Shown here piece by piece: positions 19,475 to 28,810 of a stretch of 64,000 bases of DNA (position 1 is its first letter; the number at the start of each line of letters is the position of its first letter). Under the pieces are notes generated by a model, which made no database searches, was not told the DNA's origin, and was given only the letters and a program-made list of their open reading frames with translations. The DNA is from a virus (lineage: Duplodnaviria > Caudoviricetes), in IMG/VR virus record IMGVR_UViG_3300025389_000010, positions 64,001 through 128,000 of that record, one strand, 5' to 3'. The position numbers and the translations under genes were made by a program.

Positions 19475-20230
19475 TTACATTATTGCAATATCTTTAAATT
19501 TAATTGCATGATTTTCGTTATTTATATAATTGTTTGGTAAATGATAAATTTTACAATCTTCTATTATTTTTCCATTTAAAATAGGAATAACTGTTGCTTT
19601 ATACCAACTAGTCCATAAACCATGAAGCCCTATTGAAGATTGTTCTCTAATATCATATCCAATAATATTTTTTGGATCAAAAAAATTACTTTCAACAAAT
19701 TTATTAAATTCTTTTTTATTATAAATCCAAAATGCACAATATGGGTTTATATCATTTAAAAAATATTCATTTTCTCCAATATTTATTTTTTTAAATTCAT
19801 TTTTATCTTTTGGAATATCAGTTAAGTATTCTTCATTATCTTTTTCTGAAATCTCAATTCTAAAAAAACCCAAATTATAATTTAAAGATATTAAAAAATC
19901 ATTATTTTTTATCCAATATTCTAAAGTTTTTTTAGGTACAAGTATATCATCTTCAACATAAACAAAAATATCGTAATCGTCTTTTTGTTTTTTTAAAATT
20001 TCTCTACATTTCCATGTAAGATAAAAAGGATTTTCACCTTTAAGGTCGTGACAGATAATATTTAAATTACCATTTTTATTTTTATTTAATAAATTAAAAT
20101 CAAAATTATTATTAGTATGTATAAAAATATCGACTATATGATCATATGATGATATTTCATCTATTATCATATTTAGATATTTTATTCTTTCTTGTATAAA
20201 AAAGAATGAAATATGTTTTGATATTTTCAA
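19475..20230 (-). CDS. GT-A-like protein
   Basis: YDIFVYVEDDILVP DxD-type motif. Confidence 0.5.
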   Translation of the reverse strand: MKISKHISFFFIQERIKYLNMIIDEISSYDHIVDIFIHTNNNFDFNLLNKNKNGNLNIICHDLKGENPFYLTWKCREILKKQKDDYDIFVYVEDDILVPKKTLEYWIKNNDFLISLNYNLGFFRIEISEKDNEEYLTDIPKDKNEFKKINIGENEYFLNDINPYCAFWIYNKKEFNKFVESNFFDPKNIIGYDIREQSSIGLHGLWTSWYKATVIPILNGKIIEDCKIYHLPNNYINNENHAIKFKDIAIM

Positions 20231-20374
20231 TTAAAAAAACAAAGCACCGATAATTACACCAACACTAAAAGTTGCTATTAGTAAAGTAGCTTTTGGGTGA
20301 GCTTGTGCCCAACTATCAACTGCAAATGCTACGTTATGTGCAATATTATGTAATGTTACGAATATGTTGTTCAT
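20231..20374 (-). CDS. Small membrane protein, 47 aa (not in ORF track)
   Basis: MNNIFVTLHNIAHNVAFAVDSWAQAHPKATLLIATFSVGVIIGALFF*; fills the gap exactly, with 4-nt overlap on the upstream gene. Confidence 0.7.
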   Translation of the reverse strand: MNNIFVTLHNIAHNVAFAVDSWAQAHPKATLLIATFSVGVIIGALFF

Positions 20375-21027
20375 AGAAATGGAATTGGTTTTGTGACTTT
20401 AAGGTAAACGAATCCTAAAATGAGAAGTGATAATCCACCAATGATTATATCTCTCCAGAGAAGTTCAAATCTAAGCTTATAAACTTCCTTTTGATAATTG
20501 TTTAAATCAGTTATCATTTTATTATTGATATCTTTATCTTTTACAATCTGTAGATCAACCTGTTTTTTATCTTCATTAAGATAATAATAGTCCCATTTTA
20601 ACTGTTCAGCGGTTTTCCTATCTTCCAAAAGCTTTTTATACTCAGAACTATTAACAAAAACAATTTTGTCTTTTGCAAAACTTTCAGGTAATGTCACCAC
20701 TTTCTTTCTATTAGGTTGAACATTTTCATTATTTTCATCTTTGGCAGAAGATGAAAGCCTTGATGTTTTGTGTGCATTATTGCTATGTACCTGTACAGGA
20801 ACTGCTGTGTCATCCTCAGAATAAATTGGACTTACAGGAATTCTCTTCTTTGGTGGAACAACAATTCTTACGGCTTGGTTTATATATTGTTGAGCAAGAT
20901 CAACTCTTTCATTATCAAGAGAGTCTTTTGATGCATATACGCTTTGTGATAAAGCTTCGCTATTTTTTTCCGAATAAACGGTACATCCGCTTATCAGAAG
21001 CAATGATAAAAATAATATATTTTTCAT
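20371..21027 (-). CDS. Lipoprotein with C-terminal TM helix (candidate unimolecular spanin)
   Basis: From ATG 21027: MKNILFLSLLLISGC lipobox, coiled coil, C-terminal IIIGGLSLLILGFVYL. Confidence 0.55.
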   Translation of the reverse strand: MKNILFLSLLLISGCTVYSEKNSEALSQSVYASKDSLDNERVDLAQQYINQAVRIVVPPKKRIPVSPIYSEDDTAVPVQVHSNNAHKTSRLSSSAKDENNENVQPNRKKVVTLPESFAKDKIVFVNSSEYKKLLEDRKTAEQLKWDYYYLNEDKKQVDLQIVKDKDINNKMITDLNNYQKEVYKLRFELLWRDIIIGGLSLLILGFVYLKVTKPIPFL

Positions 21028-21031
21028 AGAA

Positions 21032-21145
21032 TTATTTAAACAAGCATATTGAATAATCAATACCCGTTCTTAAAGAAACAAATGTTATAAACCATATAAG
21101 GGAACATATGACAAAAGCTATAAACCCTATTATATATTCTTTCAT
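21032..21145 (-). CDS. Small membrane protein, 37 aa (not in ORF track)
   Basis: MKEYIIGFIAFVICSLIWFITFVSLRTGIDYSICLFK*; fills the intergenic gap. Confidence 0.55.
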   Translation of the reverse strand: MKEYIIGFIAFVICSLIWFITFVSLRTGIDYSICLFK

Positions 21146-21146
21146 A

Positions 21147-21761
21147 TTAAAAACACCTCCATGTTAAATTAGCAAGATTAACAAAAAATGAAGATATTTT
21201 CAAAAAGAATGGTCTAAATAAGAATCTTCCAATTTGTGACCAAGTATCAAAGGTTATCTTGTTCATAAAAACACGAAAACGTGTTAAAAACTTTTTCTTA
21301 TCATTAAGAAATAAATTTTTAATTTCATCTTCTCTTTTTTTTACTTCTTCAAATGTAGTTTGAAGTTCAATTTTAACTAATTTTACTTCCATTAATTTAC
21401 CTTTAAGGAAAGTTGATACAAATTCAATCCACCATTCATTTCCTTTTTTATCTTTAATAATATGATAAAAATAAACGGCACCCGTATGTTGTATTTTCTT
21501 TTTAGTTCTTGATTTTTCAATAAACTCATACGGAAACCAAAATCCTTTATGACCTTTTGGTTTTGGTTTATCAATATAATCACCTTTTACAATCTCCAAT
21601 AAAAGATTACCGTTTTTATTAACAAAATAATTACCAAGAATGTTTTCCAAATCTTTTGTTTGAAAATCTTCTTTATTCCAAAGAATATGATCAAACATCT
21701 TTGATTGTTTTTTGTTTAATGGAAGCGGAGCTTCAAAATGAATATAATCAAATAGTCCCAT
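21147..21761 (-). CDS. Conserved-looking phage hypothetical protein
   Basis: MGLFDYI..FQTKDL..Y.V..NG.L; TGGACA-N16-TAAATT promoter at 21769-21796. Confidence 0.65.
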   Translation of the reverse strand: MGLFDYIHFEAPLPLNKKQSKMFDHILWNKEDFQTKDLENILGNYFVNKNGNLLLEIVKGDYIDKPKPKGHKGFWFPYEFIEKSRTKKKIQHTGAVYFYHIIKDKKGNEWWIEFVSTFLKGKLMEVKLVKIELQTTFEEVKKREDEIKNLFLNDKKKFLTRFRVFMNKITFDTWSQIGRFLFRPFFLKISSFFVNLANLTWRCF

Positions 21762-21784
21762 AAAATTTAATTTATCATTTATTT

Positions 21785-22597
21785 TTAACTTGTCCAGAGA
21801 TTATTTTTATTATTTTTCTTATAGAAATTATCAAATCCAGTATCGATAATAGTCCATGCACCATGTTCATCTATCTCAAGAACCTGAGATAGACCACAAT
21901 CGATACAAATATTGACACCACCACTGTCTTCAAACACATCAATACCCCTAAAACCGGGAGTATGTCCAAGAACACCACACGGAGTATGTCCATAAACTTG
22001 AAAAACATCTTTTACAGGTTGAGCTTCTCTTTGATGATCATGCCAAGTAATCCCACCTTTGGGATACATACCACCACGACAACGACCAGCAGCACCAATA
22101 GCAGCATTATATTCTCTATTGAACAAAGAAGTTTCCATGTCCTTAATGTTTTTAAGGATTGTTTCATTAGTCATACCCAAAACAGGATGCTCAAACCAAT
22201 CATCACACATACCAGCATGAGTAAAATGCCAATTATTTTCAAAATGATGAAGTTTACATTTATCCCATTCCGTATTACCAAGAATTTCAGTAATCATTGC
22301 ATCCTTAGCTTCTGTAAAACCAGAGCACATGTAAAGTTTCATTACTTTACCTTTATCAATATATTCACAACGAGTATGATAACCCAAATCATGATTACCT
22401 AAAAGGTGAATACGATTAGGTTTCATCAAAGAAGATTTTAACCATAAAGCAGTTTTACGAGCTACTTCTGCATTATCACCAAAATCATCAAAATAGTCAC
22501 CAGTAAAGATAATCTTATGAGTATCTTCATACTTCTGAGCAATAGCTTCAGCAGCTTTAATGTGATTATGAACATCACCAATTGCTATTATTTTCAT
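21785..22597 (-). CDS. Calcineurin-like metallophosphoesterase
   Basis: IGDVH, GDYFD, LGNHD, THAG, GHTP. Confidence 0.92.
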   Translation of the reverse strand: MKIIAIGDVHNHIKAAEAIAQKYEDTHKIIFTGDYFDDFGDNAEVARKTALWLKSSLMKPNRIHLLGNHDLGYHTRCEYIDKGKVMKLYMCSGFTEAKDAMITEILGNTEWDKCKLHHFENNWHFTHAGMCDDWFEHPVLGMTNETILKNIKDMETSLFNREYNAAIGAAGRCRGGMYPKGGITWHDHQREAQPVKDVFQVYGHTPCGVLGHTPGFRGIDVFEDSGGVNICIDCGLSQVLEIDEHGAWTIIDTGFDNFYKKNNKNNLWTS

Positions 22598-22603
22598 ACG
22601 AAT

Positions 22604-22631
22604 ATTATGAATGAAAATTCACTAGTGTCAA
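22604..22631 (-). promoter_or_regulatory. Sigma70-type promoter TTGACA-N16-CATAAT
   Basis: 6 nt before ATG 22597. Confidence 0.7.
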
Positions 22632-22777
22632 CAAAATAAAATTTTTTACTAAGAAATATTTCTAAGAATATTTAAATTGTATATACAATATACTATAAAT
22701 TTATTTAAAATTTAATATAAAGGTAGTTTAAAACCTCCACATTAATATTTTACAAACTAGGTATTGGAAAGTCAATA

Positions 22778-23260
22778 CTACTTTTTTAATTTTTTTAAGT
22801 TTTTGTTTAAAAACTCTTCATCTTCTCCTGATAAAGACACTGTTGGAATGTTTTTAAACGTACCGTTTATTGTTTTGAACAAGTCTAAACCATCTTCTAT
22901 AAGAAAAAAATTAGGAAGATTCTTTTTTAAGATCCTCTTTAACATTTTTATTACTTTTTCTGAATCTTCAAAGAAAGAAGACCACTGGTTGTACTCTTTT
23001 TTGTCTTTGAAATAACATAAAACACTACAATTCAGCTTCTGAGCCTTTGTGTTTATCATTTTGATATCAAACGAAACCCTTTGATTTACAAATTCTTTGA
23101 AAATTGTGTTTTTTAAGGATACTTTATTGTCTTTAACCAAGTTCCAATCAAAGAAATAGTCTACAGTATCAGCTGCAAGCTCTTCAAGATAGTCAAAAAC
23201 ATCAAAGATTAAAATATCATCTTTGACACAGTAAAAAAAATACTGTTTATTTGTTCTCAT
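22778..23260 (-). CDS. Hypothetical protein
   Basis: 160-aa ORF in string. Confidence 0.55.
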   Translation of the reverse strand: MRTNKQYFFYCVKDDILIFDVFDYLEELAADTVDYFFDWNLVKDNKVSLKNTIFKEFVNQRVSFDIKMINTKAQKLNCSVLCYFKDKKEYNQWSSFFEDSEKVIKMLKRILKKNLPNFFLIEDGLDLFKTINGTFKNIPTVSLSGEDEEFLNKNLKKLKK

Positions 23261-23786
23261 CGTCAGCCATTATAGCATCAACGACGATTTCTTCAACAAT
23301 TTCCTGTGGTAATGCTAAATTAGCATGTTTTATTGTCTCGTAAAGTTGTTTATATTGTTCAGTAAGTCTTTCTTTGAGTTCATGTGCCAACATATTCTGT
23401 TTTTTGTCCAAATTAGCATATGTTGGTTTGGATTGAAGCTGTAATGCCTCTAAAAGAGGTTGACCTGATGTACAAACAATTTCATAAAGCCTCTTATAAA
23501 ATCTATTTAAAGGCGACATATAAGGTGAATTTTGGAGTTTATTAACTTGTTCGTAAAGATATTTTAAAATTGTTGATTTTTCAGTTTGCTCTTTAACACC
23601 TGCAAGAAATTCGGGTGCTCTTACATGATTTTTACCAAAAGGATTGAATATACATCCGGAACCTTGCATTTTAGATCCACAATAAATGCATTTTCCCGGT
23701 GAATCAAAATGCACATGTGTGTTTGTTGGCGAAAATATACAAGGTCTTCCGTGAGCCGTAGAATTACAATAAATGCAATGAGACAT
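23247..23786 (-). CDS. Hypothetical protein with tandem Cys/His repeats
   Basis: CIYC..G..CIF.P...HV motif twice. Confidence 0.6.
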   Translation of the reverse strand: MSHCIYCNSTAHGRPCIFSPTNTHVHFDSPGKCIYCGSKMQGSGCIFNPFGKNHVRAPEFLAGVKEQTEKSTILKYLYEQVNKLQNSPYMSPLNRFYKRLYEIVCTSGQPLLEALQLQSKPTYANLDKKQNMLAHELKERLTEQYKQLYETIKHANLALPQEIVEEIVVDAIMADDENK

Positions 23787-23787
23787 A

Positions 23788-24228
23788 CTATATAATTACT
23801 CCATTATCTTTAAATTTCTTAAGTTCTTCTTTTGGAGGAGTACCTATTCTGACATTAATAATGCCATTATAGTAATCGTCTCTTAACAAAACATTTCTAT
23901 CAAGCTGTTCTTTGATTTCAAAATAAGCTAAAGACCATTTGGAATCACAGGTTCTTAATATTTTAAATGTAAAATTTTCTTTACCGTGTTTTTTTATGTC
24001 TTCGTTCAGTTCTCTTGAAGAACTTGTATATGTTTTCCAATCGGATTCTACAAAATCTATTCTGTTACGAGTTTTTCCTTTTAAAGGTTTTCTTTTTAAT
24101 CTTGACATGCATTGCTTCTTACCGATATAATTTTTTCTATCAATATTATTAGAAATTTCATAGATAAAACCAAAAGTACTTTGATTTATTGTAACATTTT
24201 CTTCTAATATCCAATGTCCTGTGTCCAT
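23788..24228 (-). CDS. GIY-YIG family endonuclease
   Basis: GFIYEISNNIDRKNYIGKK, ESDWKTYTSSS, YYNGII. Confidence 0.8.
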   Translation of the reverse strand: MDTGHWILEENVTINQSTFGFIYEISNNIDRKNYIGKKQCMSRLKRKPLKGKTRNRIDFVESDWKTYTSSSRELNEDIKKHGKENFTFKILRTCDSKWSLAYFEIKEQLDRNVLLRDDYYNGIINVRIGTPPKEELKKFKDNGVII

Positions 24229-24542
24229 TATGTAGTTTGTTTTAAACTTCTTCTAGTTGTATATAAAACTGATTTATTTATAGGTTCTTTAGGAAAAGCT
24301 ACATTGTTTTTAATTTTATTTTTATGTTTTTTTCTTTTATTTCTAGAAATCTTTCTGGAAGGATTTACACCGCCAGCAACTGACATGTCGAATTTAACAT
24401 TAGGTGAATAACCTGCACCTGTTGTTGGGTTAGGGATTGGATCTGTAGTTGAACCAAATGCACCAGTAGTACCAATACCAACTGCTGCTGTATTCATTTC
24501 ATTTAAAGTATCTAAAATAATTTGTTGAAAATTAATATTCAT
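24228..24542 (-). CDS. Hypothetical protein
   Basis: MNINFQQIILDTLNE start; basic C-terminus. Confidence 0.55.
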   Translation of the reverse strand: MNINFQQIILDTLNEMNTAAVGIGTTGAFGSTTDPIPNPTTGAGYSPNVKFDMSVAGGVNPSRKISRNKRKKHKNKIKNNVAFPKEPINKSVLYTTRRSLKQTT

Positions 24543-24552
24543 GTTATATAAT
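24525..24552 (+). promoter_or_regulatory. Sigma70-type promoter TTGAAA-N16-TATAAT (uvsY operon)
   Basis: Perfect -10; 15 nt before ATG 24568. Confidence 0.6.
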
Positions 24553-24567
24553 GTCTTCTATATACTT

Positions 24568-24966
24568 ATGGACATTCTACTCAAATATTATGAAGAATTG
24601 AATGAAGATGTTAAGTTTGATCAAATTAATATTTTAGAAAAACAACTAATGCTTCCTGCAATCAAGCACAAATGGGTTGCAAGATTAATTCAATTAAAGA
24701 AATCCAAGAATGATTTGGATAAAAAGAAAAAAGACCTTAAAGAAGATGCATTTAAAGCTCTTGAAGACAAAGGTATCCCAACAGGAATGCCAAAAACTGC
24801 AATAAAAGCTAAAATTGAAGCATCAGAACAGATAAGAAAGATAGATGAAGATATAAAAAACATAGATATTTGCATTGAATACTTGGAAAAGGTAGAAAAA
24901 ATACTCAGTTCAATAACTTATGACATTGGGAATGCTACAAAATTAATGGTTCTTGAAACAACATGA
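24568..24966 (+). CDS. uvsY: Recombination mediator UvsY-like
   Basis: LPAIKHKW..., IEYLEKVEKILSSITYDIGNA; directly upstream of uvsW. Confidence 0.75.
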   Translation: MDILLKYYEELNEDVKFDQINILEKQLMLPAIKHKWVARLIQLKKSKNDLDKKKKDLKEDAFKALEDKGIPTGMPKTAIKAKIEASEQIRKIDEDIKNIDICIEYLEKVEKILSSITYDIGNATKLMVLETT

Positions 24967-26381
24967 CCGAATTAAAGTTAATAAATAAAACTCAGGGTCA
25001 AATTTTTACTGATGTTGATACTTTAAATCAAATAAGGGAAAATTTTTCAATTAGTAATCCTGCTTACAAAAGAGCAGGAAGATTTACTCCTGCAAGAATT
25101 TATTCGATCACACCTTCTGGTAAGTTCGACATCGGATTATGCGATGTCATAGTTTCTTATTTAAATTCAAATAGAATTCAACACAATGTTGATAAAAATT
25201 TAATAGATAAAATAAATATAGGGTTTTCTGATCCTATTATTAAAAAATATGCTATGATTTATAGAGATCACCAAGATCGTTCTATAAGAGAAGCAGTTAA
25301 AAAAGGTAGAGGTGTTATTATTATTCCAACAGCAGGTGGTAAAACCCTTATTATGGCGGGTATTATTGAAAGTATGAGGCTTAGTATGGGAAAACCATAT
25401 GCAAAAGCATTAGTATTGGTTCCTTCGATACAACTTGTTACTCAAACTGCCAAAGATTTTGAAAATTACGGTATGATAAACGTCACAAAATGGTCTGGTG
25501 ATAATTTACCAGATGAAAAAGCTACCGTTACAGTTGCCGGTACTCAAATTTTATTGAGTAGTAAAACAGATTTATCTTCACTTGCTGATTATGACTTACT
25601 TTTAGTTGATGAGGTTCATGGTTTAAGGCGAGGAAACGAAATTAATAAAGTTTTGTCGTGTATAACCACAGATTATAGGTTTGGGTTTACGGGAACAATG
25701 CCTCCATCAATGATAGATCAATGGAATATCATTGGAAAAATTGGTCCTGTTCTTTATGAAGAAAAAACAAAAGATTTAAAAAACAAAAAATATGTTTCTG
25801 ATTTTAAAATTGTTGTTTTAAACATAAAACATCAAAATATACCAAATTTTGCAATAAATTTAACAAAACCATCGGAACAATATAATTTGGAACTAGAATA
25901 TTTGATGAATAATTCAAGAAGGAATGAAATTATATCAAAACTTGCATCTAAAATACCAAATAATACAATTATCATGGTTGATAGAATAGATCATGGTGTA
26001 AATATTGAACTTTCATTAAAAAAAGTCTGTGAAGAAAACAGACCAATTTATTTTATCCGTGGATCAACAGAAATGGACGAAAGAGAAAGAATAAGAGCTT
26101 TAATGGAAGAAAGAAATGATGTTATTGTAGTTGCTGTTTCAAAAATATTCAGTACTGGTATCAATATACCAAACTTACATAATATAATTTTTGCATCTGC
26201 TGGAAAAGCTAAAATAAAAATAATGCAATCCATAGGCAGAGCTTTGAGATTACATCCCACAAAAACAATGGCTACTATTTTTGATATTGCGGATAATACA
26301 AAGTATTCTAAAATCCATCTTAAAGAAAGATTAAAACTTTATACAAAAGAAAATTATGCATATGAACAAAAAGAAATATAA
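24963..26381 (+). CDS. uvsW: UvsW SF2 DNA helicase
   Basis: PTAGGKT, VDEVH, GFTGT, STGINIPNLHNIIFAS, QSIGRALR. Confidence 0.95.
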   Translation: MTELKLINKTQGQIFTDVDTLNQIRENFSISNPAYKRAGRFTPARIYSITPSGKFDIGLCDVIVSYLNSNRIQHNVDKNLIDKINIGFSDPIIKKYAMIYRDHQDRSIREAVKKGRGVIIIPTAGGKTLIMAGIIESMRLSMGKPYAKALVLVPSIQLVTQTAKDFENYGMINVTKWSGDNLPDEKATVTVAGTQILLSSKTDLSSLADYDLLLVDEVHGLRRGNEINKVLSCITTDYRFGFTGTMPPSMIDQWNIIGKIGPVLYEEKTKDLKNKKYVSDFKIVVLNIKHQNIPNFAINLTKPSEQYNLELEYLMNNSRRNEIISKLASKIPNNTIIMVDRIDHGVNIELSLKKVCEENRPIYFIRGSTEMDERERIRALMEERNDVIVVAVSKIFSTGINIPNLHNIIFASAGKAKIKIMQSIGRALRLHPTKTMATIFDIADNTKYSKIHLKERLKLYTKENYAYEQKEI

Positions 26382-27051
26382 CGCAAAAGCCAAAAAAATA
26401 TTAGATAATAATATCGATTATCCCTTCAAAGATGATATTGATGACATCATTGAAGATGAAATTATTGAAGATGATGTAATCGATGAAGAAGATATTATAA
26501 TTGATGAAGAAGATGTAGATTTGGTCGAAGAAAGTATATTGGAAGAAGAACCTATTGCAGTTGAAATCATCCAAGAAGAAATTATTGTTATAGAGCAAAC
26601 AGATGCACCAAAGAAAAGAGGAAGAAAACCAGCAGATAAAGAAAAATTCTATGTTGAACCTAAAAAGTTTGATGAAGAAATCATGAAATATTATGATACA
26701 GGTAAAATGTCGAATGAATTAGCCGAAATGGTTAGTAAAATTTCACATAAATTAAGCTATGCTCCTAATTTTATCAATTATTCATACCGAGAAGAGATGG
26801 TAGGTGATGGTGTCATCAGAATGATGAAAGCTTTGATTGCTAAAAAATACAACAGAGAGAAAGGAACCAATCCGTTTTCTTATTTTACAAGAATTGCTTT
26901 CAATGCTTTCCGAAATAGAATTAAAAAAGAAAAACATATCCACGAAACGCATGAAAAATACCAAAAAGAAATCATGTTTATGTCGGAACAATATAATAAC
27001 TTGTCAAAGAACAACAATATACGTATAATGAAAGAAAGAAATAAAGAATAA
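26356..27051 (+). CDS. gp55: Late-transcription sigma factor with acidic N-terminal extension
   Basis: FYV.PKKF, LSYAPNFINYSYREEMVGDG, NPFSYFTRIAFNAFRNRIKKEK. Confidence 0.92.
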   Translation: MHMNKKKYNAKAKKILDNNIDYPFKDDIDDIIEDEIIEDDVIDEEDIIIDEEDVDLVEESILEEEPIAVEIIQEEIIVIEQTDAPKKRGRKPADKEKFYVEPKKFDEEIMKYYDTGKMSNELAEMVSKISHKLSYAPNFINYSYREEMVGDGVIRMMKALIAKKYNREKGTNPFSYFTRIAFNAFRNRIKKEKHIHETHEKYQKEIMFMSEQYNNLSKNNNIRIMKERNKE

Positions 27052-28076
27052 TGAAGATCTCCAGCAGATATATAGGTTGTTTTTCAGATATACACCTTGG
27101 TTTGGGTCAAGACTCAAAACAATGGCATGAAATTGCTTTGAATTTTGCAAAATGGGCATCTGAATATTATAAAGAAAATTCAATTGATGAAATTATAATT
27201 CCCGGTGATATATTTCATAATAGAAGTGAAGTTTCCGTTGAAACATTAGATATTGCAAAAAGGTTTTTTGATTATTTTAAAGATTTTACTATATATATCT
27301 CAACCGGAAACCATGATTGTTACTATAAAGATAACAGTTCTGTTAATTCCATATCTATTCTTGCCGGTTGGAACAATATAAAGATTATAGATTCTAAACC
27401 AGAGTTAATTGAAACTAACTATGACAAAAAAATAGCATTAATACCTTGGGGTACTGAGATAAAAGACATGCCTAATAGTGATATTATGTTTGCACATTTA
27501 GAAATATCATCATTCTACATGAATGGACATAAAATGTGTGAGCATGGTATGGAATCGAAGAATCTTTTTGATAAAACTAAGTTTGTAGTATCAGGCCATT
27601 TTCATAAAAAAGATCATAGGAAGTATGATAAGGGTGATATTCTTTATTTGGGCAGTCCTTTCCAACATAATTTTGGTGATTTAGGAGATTCTCGTGGAAT
27701 TTATGTTTTTGATGTAAAAGAAAGCACATTTAAATTCATAGAAAACAATATTTCACCAAAGCATTATCGATTAACGCCTGAAAGTGAAATTAAAGAAGAT
27801 ATTGTTAAAAACAATATCATATCTTTGGTTATAAATGATAAGAATGACGAAAAAACCATCCTTGAATTTAGTTCAAAAATATCAACATTATCTCCAATCA
27901 ATTTAAGAATTGATTATGAGAAGCCAAAAGATGAAATCATGGTAAATGATGAAGATAAAGAATACAAAGCTGATAATATTTTAAAAAGTATAGAGGAATA
28001 CATCAAAACACTTGACATAGAAAACAAAAAAGAAGTTGAAGAATGTATAAAAACAATATATAATAGTTTGATATGA
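27051..28076 (+). CDS. gp47: Recombination endonuclease subunit (Mre11/SbcD-like)
   Basis: SDIHLG, GDIFHNR, GNHD, SGHFH, YLGSP. Confidence 0.93.
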   Translation: MKISSRYIGCFSDIHLGLGQDSKQWHEIALNFAKWASEYYKENSIDEIIIPGDIFHNRSEVSVETLDIAKRFFDYFKDFTIYISTGNHDCYYKDNSSVNSISILAGWNNIKIIDSKPELIETNYDKKIALIPWGTEIKDMPNSDIMFAHLEISSFYMNGHKMCEHGMESKNLFDKTKFVVSGHFHKKDHRKYDKGDILYLGSPFQHNFGDLGDSRGIYVFDVKESTFKFIENNISPKHYRLTPESEIKEDIVKNNIISLVINDKNDEKTILEFSSKISTLSPINLRIDYEKPKDEIMVNDEDKEYKADNILKSIEEYIKTLDIENKKEVEECIKTIYNSLI

Positions 28077-28810
28077 GTGATATAGGAATTGCTATCTTAG
28101 ATATAGGTACACAAGATGAATTAAATGCATGTTACGACTCTTTACCAGAGTTAGAAAACATTATTGTAGTATCCAACACTAAAAACACATTGCCAGATTG
28201 TGTAAGAAAACAGTTTAGTGTCGGAACACAAATGGCTACATTAAGGAATTGGGCTATATCTCATTTTAGAATAAATGAATTAAAGCATTTCTTTTTTATT
28301 ACATCTAATTTAACCATAATAGATAAAAATGTTTTTGATAATACTATAAAAACAGCTGAAACGTTTGGAACTTGGGCAATGACGGGTCCAGATGTTGTTA
28401 CATATTCAATTGAAGATGATGAAAAGAATATTTCTTTGTCTATTTCTGAAAAATTAAACCATAATTTTTTGTATTTGTTTAATGGAATTGTTTCAAATGT
28501 TGGATATTTCGATGAAAGGTTTTATGGTGGCAAAAACCTTGAAGTCATTGACTATATTATAAGATTAAGAGATAAAAAAGTTTATCCGCCTTTAAATTAC
28601 AATCCTATTATAACTTCTAAAATTAAAAATAATAAAAAAGAAGATGATGTTCCTTTTGATTTAGGTACTGATAATAAAGCAAACGTTGCTTATGGTTATT
28701 TTTTATATAAAAATAAATATATTCCAAATCAAAATGACCCAAAATCAGTTGAAAAAGATGAATTGTTAAAATCTTTAGAAGAAATTCAAAAGAATTATGC
28801 AAAAAAATAA
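28073..28810 (+). CDS. Degenerate GT2-like protein lacking DxD
   Basis: Aligns with the next gene, but EDD is replaced by TSN; GYFDERF. Confidence 0.55.
   Translation: MSDIGIAILDIGTQDELNACYDSLPELENIIVVSNTKNTLPDCVRKQFSVGTQMATLRNWAISHFRINELKHFFFITSNLTIIDKNVFDNTIKTAETFGTWAMTGPDVVTYSIEDDEKNISLSISEKLNHNFLYLFNGIVSNVGYFDERFYGGKNLEVIDYIIRLRDKKVYPPLNYNPIITSKIKNNKKEDDVPFDLGTDNKANVAYGYFLYKNKYIPNQNDPKSVEKDELLKSLEEIQKNYAKK

Noticed and set aside
23788-24228. GIY-YIG gene as a mobile homing element
   Set aside because: Short single-domain protein that does not interrupt any gene; more like a resident nuclease
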